Shown here one piece after another: positions 12,046-25,170 of a stretch of 64,000 nucleotides of DNA (its first letter is position 1; every line of letters begins with the position of its first letter). The notes beneath the pieces were generated by a model. It was given only the letters and a program-made list of their open reading frames with translations. It searched no databases and had not been told where the DNA came from. Source of the DNA: Botryllus schlosseri (Eukaryota). The stretch is from contig CM119371.1 in the NCBI GenBank assembly GCA_051294905.1, positions 15,192,001 to 15,256,000 on the forward strand, given 5' to 3'. Both the position numbers and the translations under genes were made by a program.

Positions 12046-13392
12046 ATTTAGAATGTTGGGTGTTTTACGAAAAAAAGGGCAGGTTGATTGGACAGTATGA
12101 AGATGATGAAGACTCTGGTCTGGCACCAAGATTGAGGTGAATTTGTTAGTCATTGGTGTAATAGTGTGTCAGGTAGCGAAAAAATTAATAAGTGTCCGTG
12201 TAAGTAGCCTGAAATAGATTGAAAAATGACTGCAATTATGAAGTATTATTTGTTCAGGATAAGCATTGACCTGCAATCAGGAAACAACCAACTTCACTGC
12301 TTTGGCTGGGCAGTGGATTTGAAACAATTTTTTGAGATGGATATATGTTACATAGAACTACATGATGTCATCAGTAGGTTGCGAAAATTCACTGAAGTAA
12401 CTGAGATAATGATGTCGAAATACGACATATTTAGAGCAATTGGAGAAACTAAATGTATGTTCTGGAGTCGGACCAGAATTTCAGGACACCAAATCTCACC
12501 CTGTAGTCGGAAGAATGGGTAGTCACGAACTAAAAGTGTCTGTGATTCATCGCTGCGCGACATGCCGTATTTTAGGTACAAATCTGCGTTGGACAGGTCA
12601 GTGTAACTGAGCTCTGTGACCTTGATTACCCGCATTCTAGTTGATTCGCTGGAGATTTGTGATGGTTGCTCAGCATACATCAAGGCGAATAACCAAACTA
12701 GCTTGGACGAAACGGTAGAGGTGGATGAGCAGGTACATTTGACGGTTCAGGTATTTATTGCAGACCACACACATTACTGGCAGCAACATGCAACTAATAA
12801 GGTTAATTTATAGGCCATGGTTGATACTGAAAAAGGCAACATGAATGAGTTCTTGCATCAATTATTTCTTGATGACATGATCAATTCCCAGAGGTCAGGT
12901 AATGGTCGCCGCTATCATCCTGACATTCTGAGATGGTGCATTGAGTTGTACTCCAGATCCCCAGCAGCCTATGCACACATTAGAAGCAGCAATGTTCTCC
13001 AATTGCCGAGCAACCGCACCATTCGCTCCTACAGGTAGATAAAAAAGCAGATCATCATATTATATAGAGAATTGCATACTTCTATTGTTCACAGAAACTG
13101 TATCCCACCTAGTCCAGGCATAAATAAATTGGCACTGGAGCAAATTGCAGTCAGAAAAGAAGAGGGGGAAAACATGACCGGCTTTATATGTTTGGATGAG
13201 ATGAAAAGTAAAGCTTACTAACAGTATTAATAGGCTAAGAATTGTAGATATATTAATAATATATGACAAATATTCAATGAACAGTGAAAGAGAATCTTGT
13301 CTTGCGAGAAGGCAAACTGGTGGGGCTCGTTGATCCTATGTCAGTGACGGAAGAAAATAAAAGGAAGGAGCTAGCCAGTAACATTTTAGGTC

Positions 13393-16129
13393 ATGAAAGC
13401 TTACCCTGAACTCTTTCAAGGAGTGGGAAAAATGAAAGGACAGTACTCTATCAAACTGAAGGCGAATGCTAAACCGTTTAGCCTGAAAGTACCTCGCAGA
13501 GTTCCCATTCCTTTGCTTGGTAGTTTGACTGCTGAGCTAAATAAATTGCAAAAGGCGGCATAATTGAGCCTGTCAACGAGCCAACAGACTGGTGAGCACC
13601 GATCGTTGTCGTACCAAAGAAAAACTCTGAAATACGCCTGTGTGTGGATCTAACGAAACTAAATGATTCTGTTGATAGGGAACTCTACCCTATGCCGACA
13701 GTTGAGAGCACCCTGGGGAAGATTGCCGAAGGAACTGTTTACACCAAACTGGATGCAAATAGTCGATTTTATCAAATAGAACTTGAACCTGAGTGTCGTA
13801 AGTTAACTACATTCATCACCCCTGATGGGAGGTTCAGATTCAAGAGGCTTCCATACGGTATCGCCAGCGCACCCGAAGTCTACCAACGGAAAATGAATCA
13901 GGTGCTTGCTGGCATCCCCGATGTGATATGTCACATGGATGACATCATAATTGCTAGCTCACCACAGGATTACAATACCACCCTCGGACTTGTACTGGAT
14001 AGACTCCGAGATGAGGGAATTACATTGAATAAAGACAAATGTGTCTTTTCAGCGACTAAACTGGAATACCTTGGACATGTTGTTGGTAAAGATGGCATCG
14101 GCAAGGATCCTAAAAAGGTTGAGGCGATTGCCAAGTTCTTCGCTCCCTCAGACGTCCCGGAACTGAGAAGGTTTCTGGGAATGACCAATCAACTCATGAA
14201 ATTCTCACCCAACCTGGCTGAGCTTACAAAGCCTCTGAGGGTTATACTGAAGAAAAACACTTCGTGGCTCTGCGGGGTGCTGAACAACAGCTGGCCTTCG
14301 ACCAGGTTAAGGCAGAGCTGTCCTCGGATGTGACTCTTGCTATGTACAGCCCGGATAAGGAAACTGTTATCTCTGCCGACTCCAGCAGTTATGGACTTGG
14401 AGCTGTGCTGATGCAACGTCAGGTAGACAACTCTCTACGCCCTGTCGCTTATGCTAGCAGATCGCTGACTGAGACAGAGAGACGATACGCTCAAATCGAG
14501 AAGGAGGCCCTTGCTATAACGTGGTCTATGGAGAGATGGAAGGAACTCCTGATCGGCTTGCATCAACTTCGCGTGGAGACTGATCACCAACCATTAGTTC
14601 CACTTTTGTCAACAAAGACTCTTGATGAGCTTCCGCTCAGAGTGCAACGATTTCGAATGCGGCTGATGAAGTTCAACTTCACCATATCTCATGTTCCGGG
14701 GAAACTGCTATATACCGCTGACGCATTGTCTCGTTCCCCGTTGCCAACTTTCGAGGACGTTGATGGCCTTCATAATGAGACAGAAGCCTACGTCAATGCC
14801 GTCACATCCAGCCTTCCTGCGTCTTGTAAACGGTTGGATGAAATTCGCTCAGAGCTCCAGAAAGATGACGTATTGCGCACAGTGATGCAATATGTATCCT
14901 CTGGGTGGCTGAAATGCAAAGAGACGCTGCATGGCCCACTTAGGCCATACTGGAATGACAGAGCCTGTTTATCTACTTATGAAGGACTCCTGGTCAAAGG
15001 GAATCGCTTGGTGATCCCCTGTACGCTGAGACAAGACGTTTTGAGATACCTTCATGATGCTCACCAAGGGGTGACAAAATCCCGACTCAATGCATCACAG
15101 TCATGCTGGTGGCCTGGAATTTCTAAGGACATTGAAGAAACCGTCAGAAATTGCGAAAAGTGCACGGAGCATCAGCGAGAAAAGGTTGAACCGATGCTGT
15201 CAGCATCCTTCCCAGAGAGACCCTGGTCCCGTGTTGGTGCCGACTTCTTTCAATACCAGAATTCCATGTACCTGCTAGCCGTTGACTACTACTCCAGGGA
15301 CATTGAGATTTGCATAGTCTCCAAAACAGTGAACGCAGCAGAGACGATTCTGAAATTCAAGAAGATTTTCAGCAGGCATGGCATCTGCGAGACTTTGGTC
15401 ACCGATGGAGCACCTATGTTCTCTTCCCGCGACTTTGCGTCATTTTGCGAAAGCTGGAAAATTGAACATATCATGTCCTCACCTAGATATCCACAGGGGA
15501 ACTCGGAGTCTGAGCGTGCCGTTCAGACCATCAAAAACCTTCTGCGAAAATGTGACGATGAATATCTGGCGCTACTCACATACCGCAACACGCCATTGGC
15601 TATCGGCTACTCGCCGGCAGAATTGAGCATGGGCCGCAAACTAAGAACAAGAGTACCGTGTCATCCAGACGATCTTCTGCCCAAGTCTGTCGACCGAACC
15701 GCCGTGAAGAAAGCTGAAGCAGATTACCGACGCAGAGTTACTCGTGATTACAACAAAAGACACAGAGTAGTACCTGGAGATGAGTTCAAGGTGGGAGATC
15801 GCATCTGGATTCCGGACTGCAAATCGCAAGGTGTTGTGGAAAAACTTGACACTGACACTCAACCCAGATCCTTGGTTATCAGAACTGGGCGTGGCACCTT
15901 CAGAAGAAATCGCCGAATGGTGCGGAGATACCAGACGGAGAATGCCCCGCAAGAAGGCGTCGACATTACCACCAGTGAGGCAGCTGAATTCTTCAAATTT
16001 CCCGATCAGGGAGGAGATAGCAGTTCGAGCGCTACTAGTGTCGATCGTGATGACCATCATGAGGCGGCGATAGTCCGACGGTCGGATCGGAACAGAACCG
16101 CACCTCGCAGATACATCGAGGAGTACTGA
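13393..16129 (+). pseudogene. gypsy pol with a stop and frameshifts (about 13560-13595 and about 14270)
   Basis: ORFs 13644-14333 and 14264-16129 overlap out of frame. Upstream YPELFQGVGKMKG..PRRVP is in a broken frame. Confidence 0.9.
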
Positions 16130-16313
16130 TGTAGTTATAGGAGTAGTGTGTGTAAATATGTTGTGTTCTTCATTCACCTCTTGCCTGCCAATTGCTTCAT
16201 ACCTTTGTACCGCTAACTGCCTCAATTCGGATTGTTTATTGTCTTCATTCTGTGCTTGCGTTGTATATGTTTGTGCTGCTTATAAGCATTTGTGCTTGTC
16301 CCGAGAAGGGAGA

Positions 16314-16448
16314 TGTAGTGGTAGCTCTATGGCGCCACTAGGGTGTGACGACATCGCAGGTGCTTCGGTGCTTGGTCGTCACTGAATACATGGCTGCTCG
16401 AGGACACACGTCTCGTATATTAGACATACCGTCAGTCACGCTACTACA
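16314..16448 (+). repeat. 3' LTR, 135 bp
   Basis: Starts tgtagt directly after the PPT, ends actaca (inverted termini), and has an internal aataca signal. Confidence 0.8.
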
Positions 16449-17915
16449 ATAGCTAGAAGAGTTACTCTCGTGATCAATGTATTGACGTTTTAACTAGTAG
16501 GTCTTTAGTGTTTCGTGTTTTAATTTCATGGCCGATGAGAATGGTTAACCCACTTAGAGGTGACGACTGGCCGCAGTAACGAAGTACTTCTAATTTATTC
16601 GATACTCGAGTGGTTATGCTTTGAGACTACTAACACCTCGATTCGAAGAGTTTTTCTTTTGGCAAAACTACTTACTATCGACACTTTAGATTTTATAAAG
16701 TAGAAATTAGTTTTGGAATAAGCCTACATCACTTTTGCGAACGGAATTTTCATGACAACTCGGCGTCATCCCTACCGTGTCTAGGTAACATAATGTAATA
16801 TCGTAGCGTGTCTGATCATCTTGATTCCTTTCATGTTATCCATTCTCAAACACAGTGTGCATGCCTCTTATTTATACACGGTGTAGACCACGGGGTGTCT
16901 GAATAAAAGACTGCTCCAAGTCGTTACAGCACCACTTCCTTATCTCCTCCTTATATTACGATATTGTGGTGTATTGATTTGATAAAAAAAAAGTTATTGA
17001 AATGGCGGTAGAGGGAAAGATACATCTTGCAATTCCGATTGACTGTTAAAGTATGCAACCAACTACCAAATCTACTTTTAAGATATATACGTGCTCGAGT
17101 AGGTCAGATCACCATTTTCTACTACATGAAGTATAGTTTGGCGTGGCTTCGATATTGCTAATTTTATCAAAGCATATACTTGTCGTAGAGTAGAAATTTG
17201 TCGCGTTACTTCTACTTCTACTTGAGCAACATTTCGCACTTCGTCATGAAAAACAACGCGGGTGAATAACTTTACTCTTCAAAATATTTGCGCCAATCGC
17301 GTACTGACACGACGAACCATATGTATAATACCGTTCCGAAGTGTTCGCGAAGTATTCGGCTTGCGTGAAGCACCAGTCACCGGAATTAGGACATGTCTTC
17401 AAGTAATCGACTTAAACAAATGGGGCATATACATTTGCCAACGCATTCCGTGGTCAGAGTCAGTGTTTTATCGCCGGGATTCAAACGACCAATCTTCGAA
17501 TTTTTGCCAAAATTCCGTTGTTTGTGAATTAAAAGCGTTGTTAGAATATAACCCTATGATACGTAATGTATTGCAATATACTATATTATGTATACAGGAT
17601 TAAAAATAATTAGATATTCTAACGTAAAGCAAGGGCGTGCATATTGAGGTAACATATTGGCACCAGTTGACTGGTCCGGTCAGCGAGCTGTTTGAAAGTT
17701 CGAATCCGGCTCGCGACGCAGGTTGAGTTTGACAACCCTGATCTAGGCCTATTCCCCGCAGCTTGATTATTGTACATTATTTGTCACAAAATGTCAGTAA
17801 ACAAAGAGGATAAAACTAATTCGGTTACACCGAGTCTGGGCAGTTGTGACTAAAAAATCGAAGCAAGGATATGTCATGTGCATCAGATCTGCGGAGCATG
17901 TTTGTCATAGCATCG

Positions 17916-19905
17916 CAGGATTGTAACCAAGTCACATGGCTCCGAGTCGCGAGTCAATCATACTTTTGTGGTTTTGACTCGAGTCGAGTCATTTTCAATT
18001 CATCACAGACTCGAGTCCGAGTCCAAGTCACCGTTTAAAGGGTCAAGTCCGAGTCATGGTGTTATGGCTCGAGTCGAGTCCAAAGTCACAGTATGGATGT
18101 CATGTTCAACTCATGTTTTCAACCCTGCTCGGGTGATATCGAATTCCTTGTTTGCGAAACATGCTCATTTTGTCCCTATCAGAGTCTTGGCACGTGTTTA
18201 TTTAGGCAGATAACGGACAGGTCCTGGCCTCATTTACCGATGCTAAATATAACTTTACTAATCTTAGAACTTGAAATCAAATACCTCACTTGTCAGTCTG
18301 ATACATCACAAATACAAGCATTCAGTTTTTATTATGAGCACATCGACGATAGCTCACGAATAGCTGATAGAGAACCAACGAATTCACACCTACATACTAT
18401 CTGATAGAGAACCAACAAATTCACGTCGAGATACTAGTTGATAGAGAATCAATAGATGCATGTTTATGTAGAGGTATTTACAACAGGCCAGCATGCTGTA
18501 AAAGCGTGCATGCAACTATGTGCATTGTGCAGTGACAACAGAACAGATACCTTTTGATTATACTAAAGGTTTTCCCAATTGCATTACAGACTACATCGCA
18601 CTTACAGCATTGGATAAATAATTGTACAATGGGGCTGTTCAAAAACATTTATCCAAATTTTCCGGCTACTTCTTAAAATTGCTAGATTGCCTAAAATAAC
18701 AAATTTGGCTCGATTCCAACCAGTAGAAAGCAATGCTATGAAATAAAATTTTAGACTAATTACAAATAGAGATTTTAGAATTTTACCGGCTATATCATGA
18801 TATTGTTACATTGTGTAAAAATATGATTCATAGCAAATTTGACTCAATTCCAACTAGAAAAAGTGAAGTTATTAGAGTAGAATGTTTTGGATATGAAAAA
18901 ATAGTCGGCTTACTACTATATAATTATATTATATGAAAGAATTTCTCACTAAAATACTCCATTTATTCAAATCAAAAATATTCTCCTCTCACATCATTGA
19001 TTCCACTTTTTTTCAAATTAAGCCAGATTCAGTGTTCCTTTTATGCAACATAACAATTTTATCAAGTAACCACCCAGTAAAATAAAAAAGAAGTTATTTT
19101 AGAACAGCCATATTGTACAAACATCACACAAAATTAGCCATTCAATATTATACTCACGTGCACAATGCACATACCTAACAAAACATCAAATGGACAAGGG
19201 GCATTGTGTGTTTTCACAGACTGCAGATCAAATCAATGAGTTACACCTCAAAAATACTAATGTAGAAAGGAGATCCTCAGATATGTTAAAGCGGCATGGC
19301 CGTAGAATGAATCCACATCTACTGAATACACGTTCCACTAGTGCACTAGATGCAGGAATTGACAAGCATTTTTGAACCACACTGAAGAGCATTGAATACT
19401 CATTCTTTCTAGTCGCCCAAAATGCAAAGAATCGTCGCCTTCAAATCTACACATGAGCTTATCAGTCTCTTGACCATCTGAGTCATTTCATTGGCTCTAA
19501 TTGAACTTTGCTTCAATTGTTTGCTTGCATAATTGAAAAGTCTTGAGTACTTTAATTGCGGAGGATCTATTACCTCTTCATCACTGGACGATTTTGTACA
19601 ATACATTATTGCTACTATGTATCATTTTCTGTTGTTTAAACGGTGGCATATCTGATATCAGACAAGTGCAACGAAAGCAGTGGTGACAAATAGCGAGTCG
19701 GCAGAATTCGTCGGATGCGTTGATCTAGCCATTACGATTCGCAAATTTCTTCATCTTCAAGTCATATAAAATAAGCCGAGTCAATGACTTGGGTCGAGTC
19801 ATGCGTAATGACTCGAGTACAAGTCGAGTCAATCCAAATATTGACTCGAGTCGAGTCGAGTCATTTTCCCATTTCAAGAAAATGACTCGAGTCATTACAA
19901 CCCTG
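17916..19905 (-). mobile_element. Internally deleted hAT transposon
   Basis: TIR caggattgtaa/ttacaaccctg; perfect TSD tagcatcg. Minus-strand dimerisation domain FWATRKNEYSML..CLSIPASSALVERVFSRCGFILRP..LVFLRCN at about 19240-19425. Confidence 0.92.
18625..19117. mobile_element. Decayed Tc1/mariner-like MITE nested in the hAT element
   Basis: Termini tacaatggggctgttcaaaa...ttagaacagccatattgta; resembles the palindromic element at 51082-51696. Confidence 0.55.
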
Positions 19906-20423
19906 TAGCATCGGAATGTCAGCGCCCTTGAGTTAGGGGGAAGGTATGGAGTTGCGGTCGTTAAAACAAAAACTGTGCGGCCGTTTACAGATAATTTAAT
20001 TACCTTTGTTGGCAGCAGTTAACTCGAAATTTGAATTGGCTCCCAAATGTTAGAGATATTTATTAAACCTCAAAATTTTCTTTGCGCCTTCCGCGATTCA
20101 GTTTTGAAAGTAACCCTGCACTATTGAATGTAAGCGACATCTCGAAAAATTCTACTTACCAGACTGCTTTCATTTTCTAGCTCTACATAAAGTAGTTTTT
20201 CATTTCTTGGAAATAGCTGCTTTTAGTAATTCACTGCATTTCCTCTACTGGAGTAGCAATGTGGGGGCATCATATTCTGAGATCCGGAAGAGGCTTAAAA
20301 AATGTCATTTGACTCCCCAAGACCCGTCCTCACTTGTAATTGGTTGAAGTTGAACTTTGTTTTAGTCCACCTTGCCGTCCAAACCGAGATTTCAAGGCTA
20401 TTATGGCATAGTTGTTTCTCTAC

Positions 20424-21174
20424 CAGTGTTGGGATCAAGTCTCTACCTCCGAGTCACGAGTCATTGCACATTCTGACTCGAGTGAATCGATTTTCGAAGG
20501 TTACTTGAGTCAAGTCACTTGATTTTCGGGGGTGACTCGAGTTAAGTTATGAGTCAAGTTGCATTTTCGAAGTATGAGGCATGATTACGTCATTGCATTT
20601 TGATAGCTGTTGGAAATGCATATTTAGTGGTCATTGATTCTGAATCGATGAACAAATATCGAGTTGAATATACACGCAAGAAGGCACTGTATCGCTCACA
20701 TATACGTAGAACTGTTAAACTACGTTAGCCTCAGTTTACAGTTACCAGCCAAAATAGAGAAACGAATTGATAAGATGCAATACATGACCCATTTACATAT
20801 TGATATGATACAAATTGAGCCTGCGCCAATGGTTGGGAGTATATAAACTATATTAGAATTCAAATTCAATAAAACAAGAGGTTTGGCTAAGGTAAGAACA
20901 GAGAACAAAAATTGATATGTTGCTATTAAATTACTTTACTACTGGTTTACGACAACGTAAGCTGTAAGCTTCGATCACTTCGTTTGTGGTCGATTTATTA
21001 AAATATTTATCGACACAGATTACTTGATGACTTGAAATTGACTCGTGAATTTTGCTCAGAGTCACAAGCCAATCGACATTTCTGAAACGCCGAGTCAAGT
21101 CAATTTTGTAAAGTGAATTGAGTCAAGTCAAGTCATACGAAAAAGGTGACTCAAGTCAAGTGATCCCAACACTG
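20424..21174. mobile_element. hAT-type MITE
   Basis: TIR cagtgttgggatca/tgatcccaacactg; gagtcaagtc subterminal repeats; TSD degenerate. Confidence 0.8.
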
Positions 21175-21589
21175 TCTATATGATCACCAGACTCTCAAAG
21201 CTATTTAAGAGTGAGAATTGTGAAAACGGAGGACATTTGGGCGTCCTGGGATGACATTGGGTAACCCTAATTAATGACCACTTTGACCACCCCTGCCCGC
21301 ATACAATTCGAAATAATGTGTAGAGCCGTGTCTCATATTTGATGTCGGCAATCGAGTGAGGTTGACCCCCCAGCTCACCACAACATACCAGGGTTAATCT
21401 TTCAAGCAATAACTGGAAGGAAGAACGACGACGACCAAATTTCTCCGCCTGCTTGTTATTCTAACCCTCTCATATTTCTTCACAAGTCGAACTGGAGATG
21501 CAGACAAAATTAGAACGAAAAGATATATATTCAACAAACAACGAAACAACGAAACAATAACAAAAGTAATAACATAAAAGTATATGCAA

Positions 21590-22070
21590 AAATTTGGAGA
21601 AATGCCAGAAAGAAATTACATCCAGCTGTACAGAGAAATTGGCGTACACTCGATGCGGCAAGAAAACAAACCACTCAACGAAACTTCAACAGGCTTAATG
21701 TACTCTGAGATGACTTTTCGTCGCACCCACTGCGGCCGCTGATTTCAAAGCTCTTCCGAGGGTCACGTCACGACCCGATGGCACGTAAACTTCTACAGCC
21801 AGCTCTCAACTGGACTACGACCAGCTGCCAGCGATACTTACTGCGCAGAACTGCTTGCAAAACAGCATAACGCGATACAAATCAATGCAGCACTCCGCAG
21901 AGACTGCCTAGCGCACACCTGATTTGGTGCATCTGAAGGTGAGCAGTATCCTTCTGTGGAGAGAACGAATGGCGGCGTAACCGCGAGTTAAGCAAGGTAT
22001 GCTTATACTTTTCAATCACGCAATCAGGGATCACTCAGATGCAGCAGGTATCACTAAGATATCGCGTGTA
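21590..22070 (+). repeat. Unclassified dispersed repeat
   Basis: Similar to the reverse complement of 41340-41790 and, in part, 27320-27395. Confidence 0.6.
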
Positions 22071-23260
22071 GACGGTGTTTGGATCTGTTGGTTACAAATG
22101 CATCAATCCTGAACTCTTATTAGGCCTGTTCAATCAAATTGAATCAGATATCGGCTCTGTACTGTGTTGAAGTGTCTCCAACAATAGCCATTACAATCCA
22201 GCCCGGAAGCGTCAGACTCGTAGAAACAACTGGAATTTCAAAACTCCCAAATACTATACCAAGATCCGACGACCGCTAAAAATCCGCAACTATCTAATTT
22301 AAACACAACTGGATTCTGAATTATTCAATTGTAAATGAGCTAAAAAATACCAAAGGACGGGGTTTTGAGTTTAAAATCGGAGCGGGAGCGGCAAAAATAT
22401 CATACAACAGAACACCAATACCAAGATTCAAGCCAAACGATGACAGGTGCATTATAGTTGCTCAGTAATAAATTTGTTTTTTTTAAATGTGCAGCTAGAA
22501 CTTGAACACTTCTTAAAATTGAACAAGAGTTGGCACTACTTACATTTCCAATTTCGAACCAAGCACTAGAACTAGTCACCTTTAAAAACCCGTAAATAGA
22601 TTCGATTCCGAAACGACTAATTAATTAATCGGAGCGACATTTGACGTCAGGCTAGCAATGGTTGCAAGAACATAACACACAAAGGTATCACACAGACACA
22701 CACACATGGTTTTCAGTTGTTCGGCAACTGATTTGGTAAATGCGAAGATACTTTATTCCAAATTTCACTGGCTACATCGGTGGTTCCCAACCTGGGATCC
22801 GTGAGAAGGTAATTAGGGGTCTATGATTACTTTGATGAATTTCGGGGGAAAAATATGCTATCTTTTTACCTTAATTCCTCTCTGTAAATGGAAATTGTAC
22901 CAGTATGCATTGAGATGAAATGATGCTGCTATGGGTACATTGACCCTCCTACATTACAGTACTACATCTTCCGCAACGTAACGATTACATTCAAATAAGG
23001 ATAACCTCTTCAATTATTCACTAGAAAGCATGCGGCTTAGTTCAGGAGAGCCAATAACACTCTTTTAAACAGTGCGAGGGGAAACTAGCGCTAAAGACCT
23101 CAGGCCCTCTGCCCCCACTATGAAGATGCTTCTTTATTTTAGTATTATGTTGATTGTTTACTCAATTCATATGCCAACGGTGTGTACTGTTGTGATATGA
23201 CCCATCCTGAGAGACTACTCGCTATAAAATAATACTCTCACAGAGCATCAAAAGGACAAA

Positions 23261-25170
23261 ATGGAAAAATCAATCCAGGAGGAAAAGCTCCGAATAGCAT
23301 TTGCACAACAAAAAGACAACAAGACCCCGGGAGAGGACGCAATAACGTTTAACGCAGATTACAAAATCTTCAGCATAATTCTATCAACCAGGTTAAAGAC
23401 AATGCTTCGAAGCATCACGCACGGACACCAATATGTGAACCAGCAGAAGTCGATCGGACAACTCACCCTCATACTGAGAGAAATAACAACGGAAATGAAG
23501 ACCAGGAAAATAGGAGCAATATTCTTAGTGAATATCAAAAATGTGTACGACTCCATAGATCATGAGATTCGCTAAAAGGCACTGGATGTAACAGGTTTCT
23601 GTTACGCCTTTTGAAATTTCTAGCGCTTCATACGACAGAAACGAAGCAAAGATCTCCATTGCGGGTAGAGTCGGGAAATCAATTCTAATCAACGCTGGGA
23701 TCGAACAAGGATAGCAAATCTCCATGTTTTTATTTACAATCACCACCGTATCCTTATTATAGAAACTGAATCGATCTATGAAAGTACAGAAGAGGAGGGG
23801 ACTTGAAGAGAGTAAAACTAACTAAGCTACGCAGACCACATCACAATAACCTTGGACAAAGAAGAGGAGTGTGAAGAAGGGATCCGAGTCATTGCAGGCT
23901 TTGGGGTAGCAAGCTTGTTGACAATCAACAAGACAAATGCGATGAGCTATGGGTACTCCACACATACACAAAAAAAAAGGAACGAGGACGATCACGTGGG
24001 TCGACGAGATCGTCATCCTTGACAACACCATAATGAAGAGAAAGAAAGCCAGTACCCATAATAAGCAGCTACGCACATACTAATAACACTCTCAAGAGAC
24101 CTCAAACACATGTACCTCAAAAGACACAAGGAAAAAATAGTTCAGTGCAATGTACTTCTTCTATTTAGATACAGTGTGACGACGTCCAAAATGCCGAGCA
24201 TCATCAGATCCCGACTGAGAAACGACATCACCGCCTTCCTATTCGGACCAGAGAAAGGTATAGACTATGCTAAGATAATAAAATCAGAATAGCTCGGAGG
24301 AATAGGTGTGATGGATCCATTATGAATTAAAACTGTGATCCAATTCCTGCGAAAGGAAGAGAACAGGAGAGCGAATGGGACAGAAGGCTTGAACAAAAAT
24401 TGACCCTCGCTTTGAGGATGTATGTGAAGCACGTAATAAAAATAACATGCCTTATACTTTACAGCCCTTGAAGCACCGCCAAGAAATAAACCAGAAAATG
24501 ACAACCATGGAGATCGGAGCACATGACATCAAACAGAGAGCAAGGAAATGACTATACAACTTAACGACAGAAAAACAACACAGAAGAAATATCACCAAAA
24601 GGTGCGGTTTATGCTGGCACAACATCAACCATGCATCACTAGCACAACACCAAAAGGAACGAATTGGAATATCGCACATCGGATATTCCCAACTAACCAC
24701 CGGCTCCACACCAGACTGGCGGGCCAAAACAGCAATTGTACTCTATGTGACGAGCATATCGAAACGCACGAGCACTTACTCCTGAAATGTAAGGTATCAA
24801 AACTGGTATTATCGATAAATCTATAAACCTGGTGTAAATCTACCAGACAAGTGAAGCTATATCCCGACTTGCAGACGGCAATCAACATAGAGAAGAGGAA
24901 CCCTGTCGGACAGCAATCTCATTGCGTTGATCTTTTTAATATTCATCTTTAAGCAGGCAACATGGGCAGCCAAATGCGAAAAAAAAAACAGAACAACCAC
25001 AACTTAGGCGCATAATGAGTCGCGAATTCGATCATACGCAGATTGTCCAACAGGAAAAGCACTCCGGATGAACAAGACTCAGATGAGCACCTGCACCAGA
25101 TAAAACTGAGATGATGAAAGCAATGACGAAAACCTTTTTTGAAATTTAGAATATTAGGCTTTCGCAAGAT
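23261..25170 (+). mobile_element. Decayed L1/Tx1-like LINE ORF2 (RT plus C-terminal zinc finger)
   Basis: KTPGED, NADYKIFSIILSTRLK, VYDSIDH, GIEQG*QISMFLF, YAD, and HRIFPTNHRL..CTLC..ETHEHLLLKC; many stops and frameshifts. Confidence 0.85.

Larger units (their letters stand above)
10273..13389 (+). pseudogene. Spliced THAP-domain P-element-like (THAP9-type) transposase, 3'-truncated
   Basis: THAP C2CH signature (CCVPEC...ICEQHF...GALPT) across intron 10473-10535. Later exons give GRRYHPDILRWCIELYSRSPAAYAHIR..LQLPSNRTIRSY, PSPGIN, LDEMK and ENL..GKLVGLVD..ELASNIL. One in-frame stop near 12605. Ends at the gypsy junction. Confidence 0.8.
13390..16448 (+). mobile_element. Ty3/gypsy LTR retrotransposon, 5'-deleted (RT-RNaseH-integrase, PPT, 3' LTR)
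   Basis: RT (KLDANSRFYQI, RLPYGIASAPE, HMDDII), RNase H (ADSSSYGLGAVL, YAQIEKEALA), integrase HHCC and D-D-E region; PPT agaagggaga; LTR. Confidence 0.95.

Noticed and set aside
15641..16225. 194-aa minus-strand ORF
   Set aside because: Antisense shadow of the gypsy integrase.
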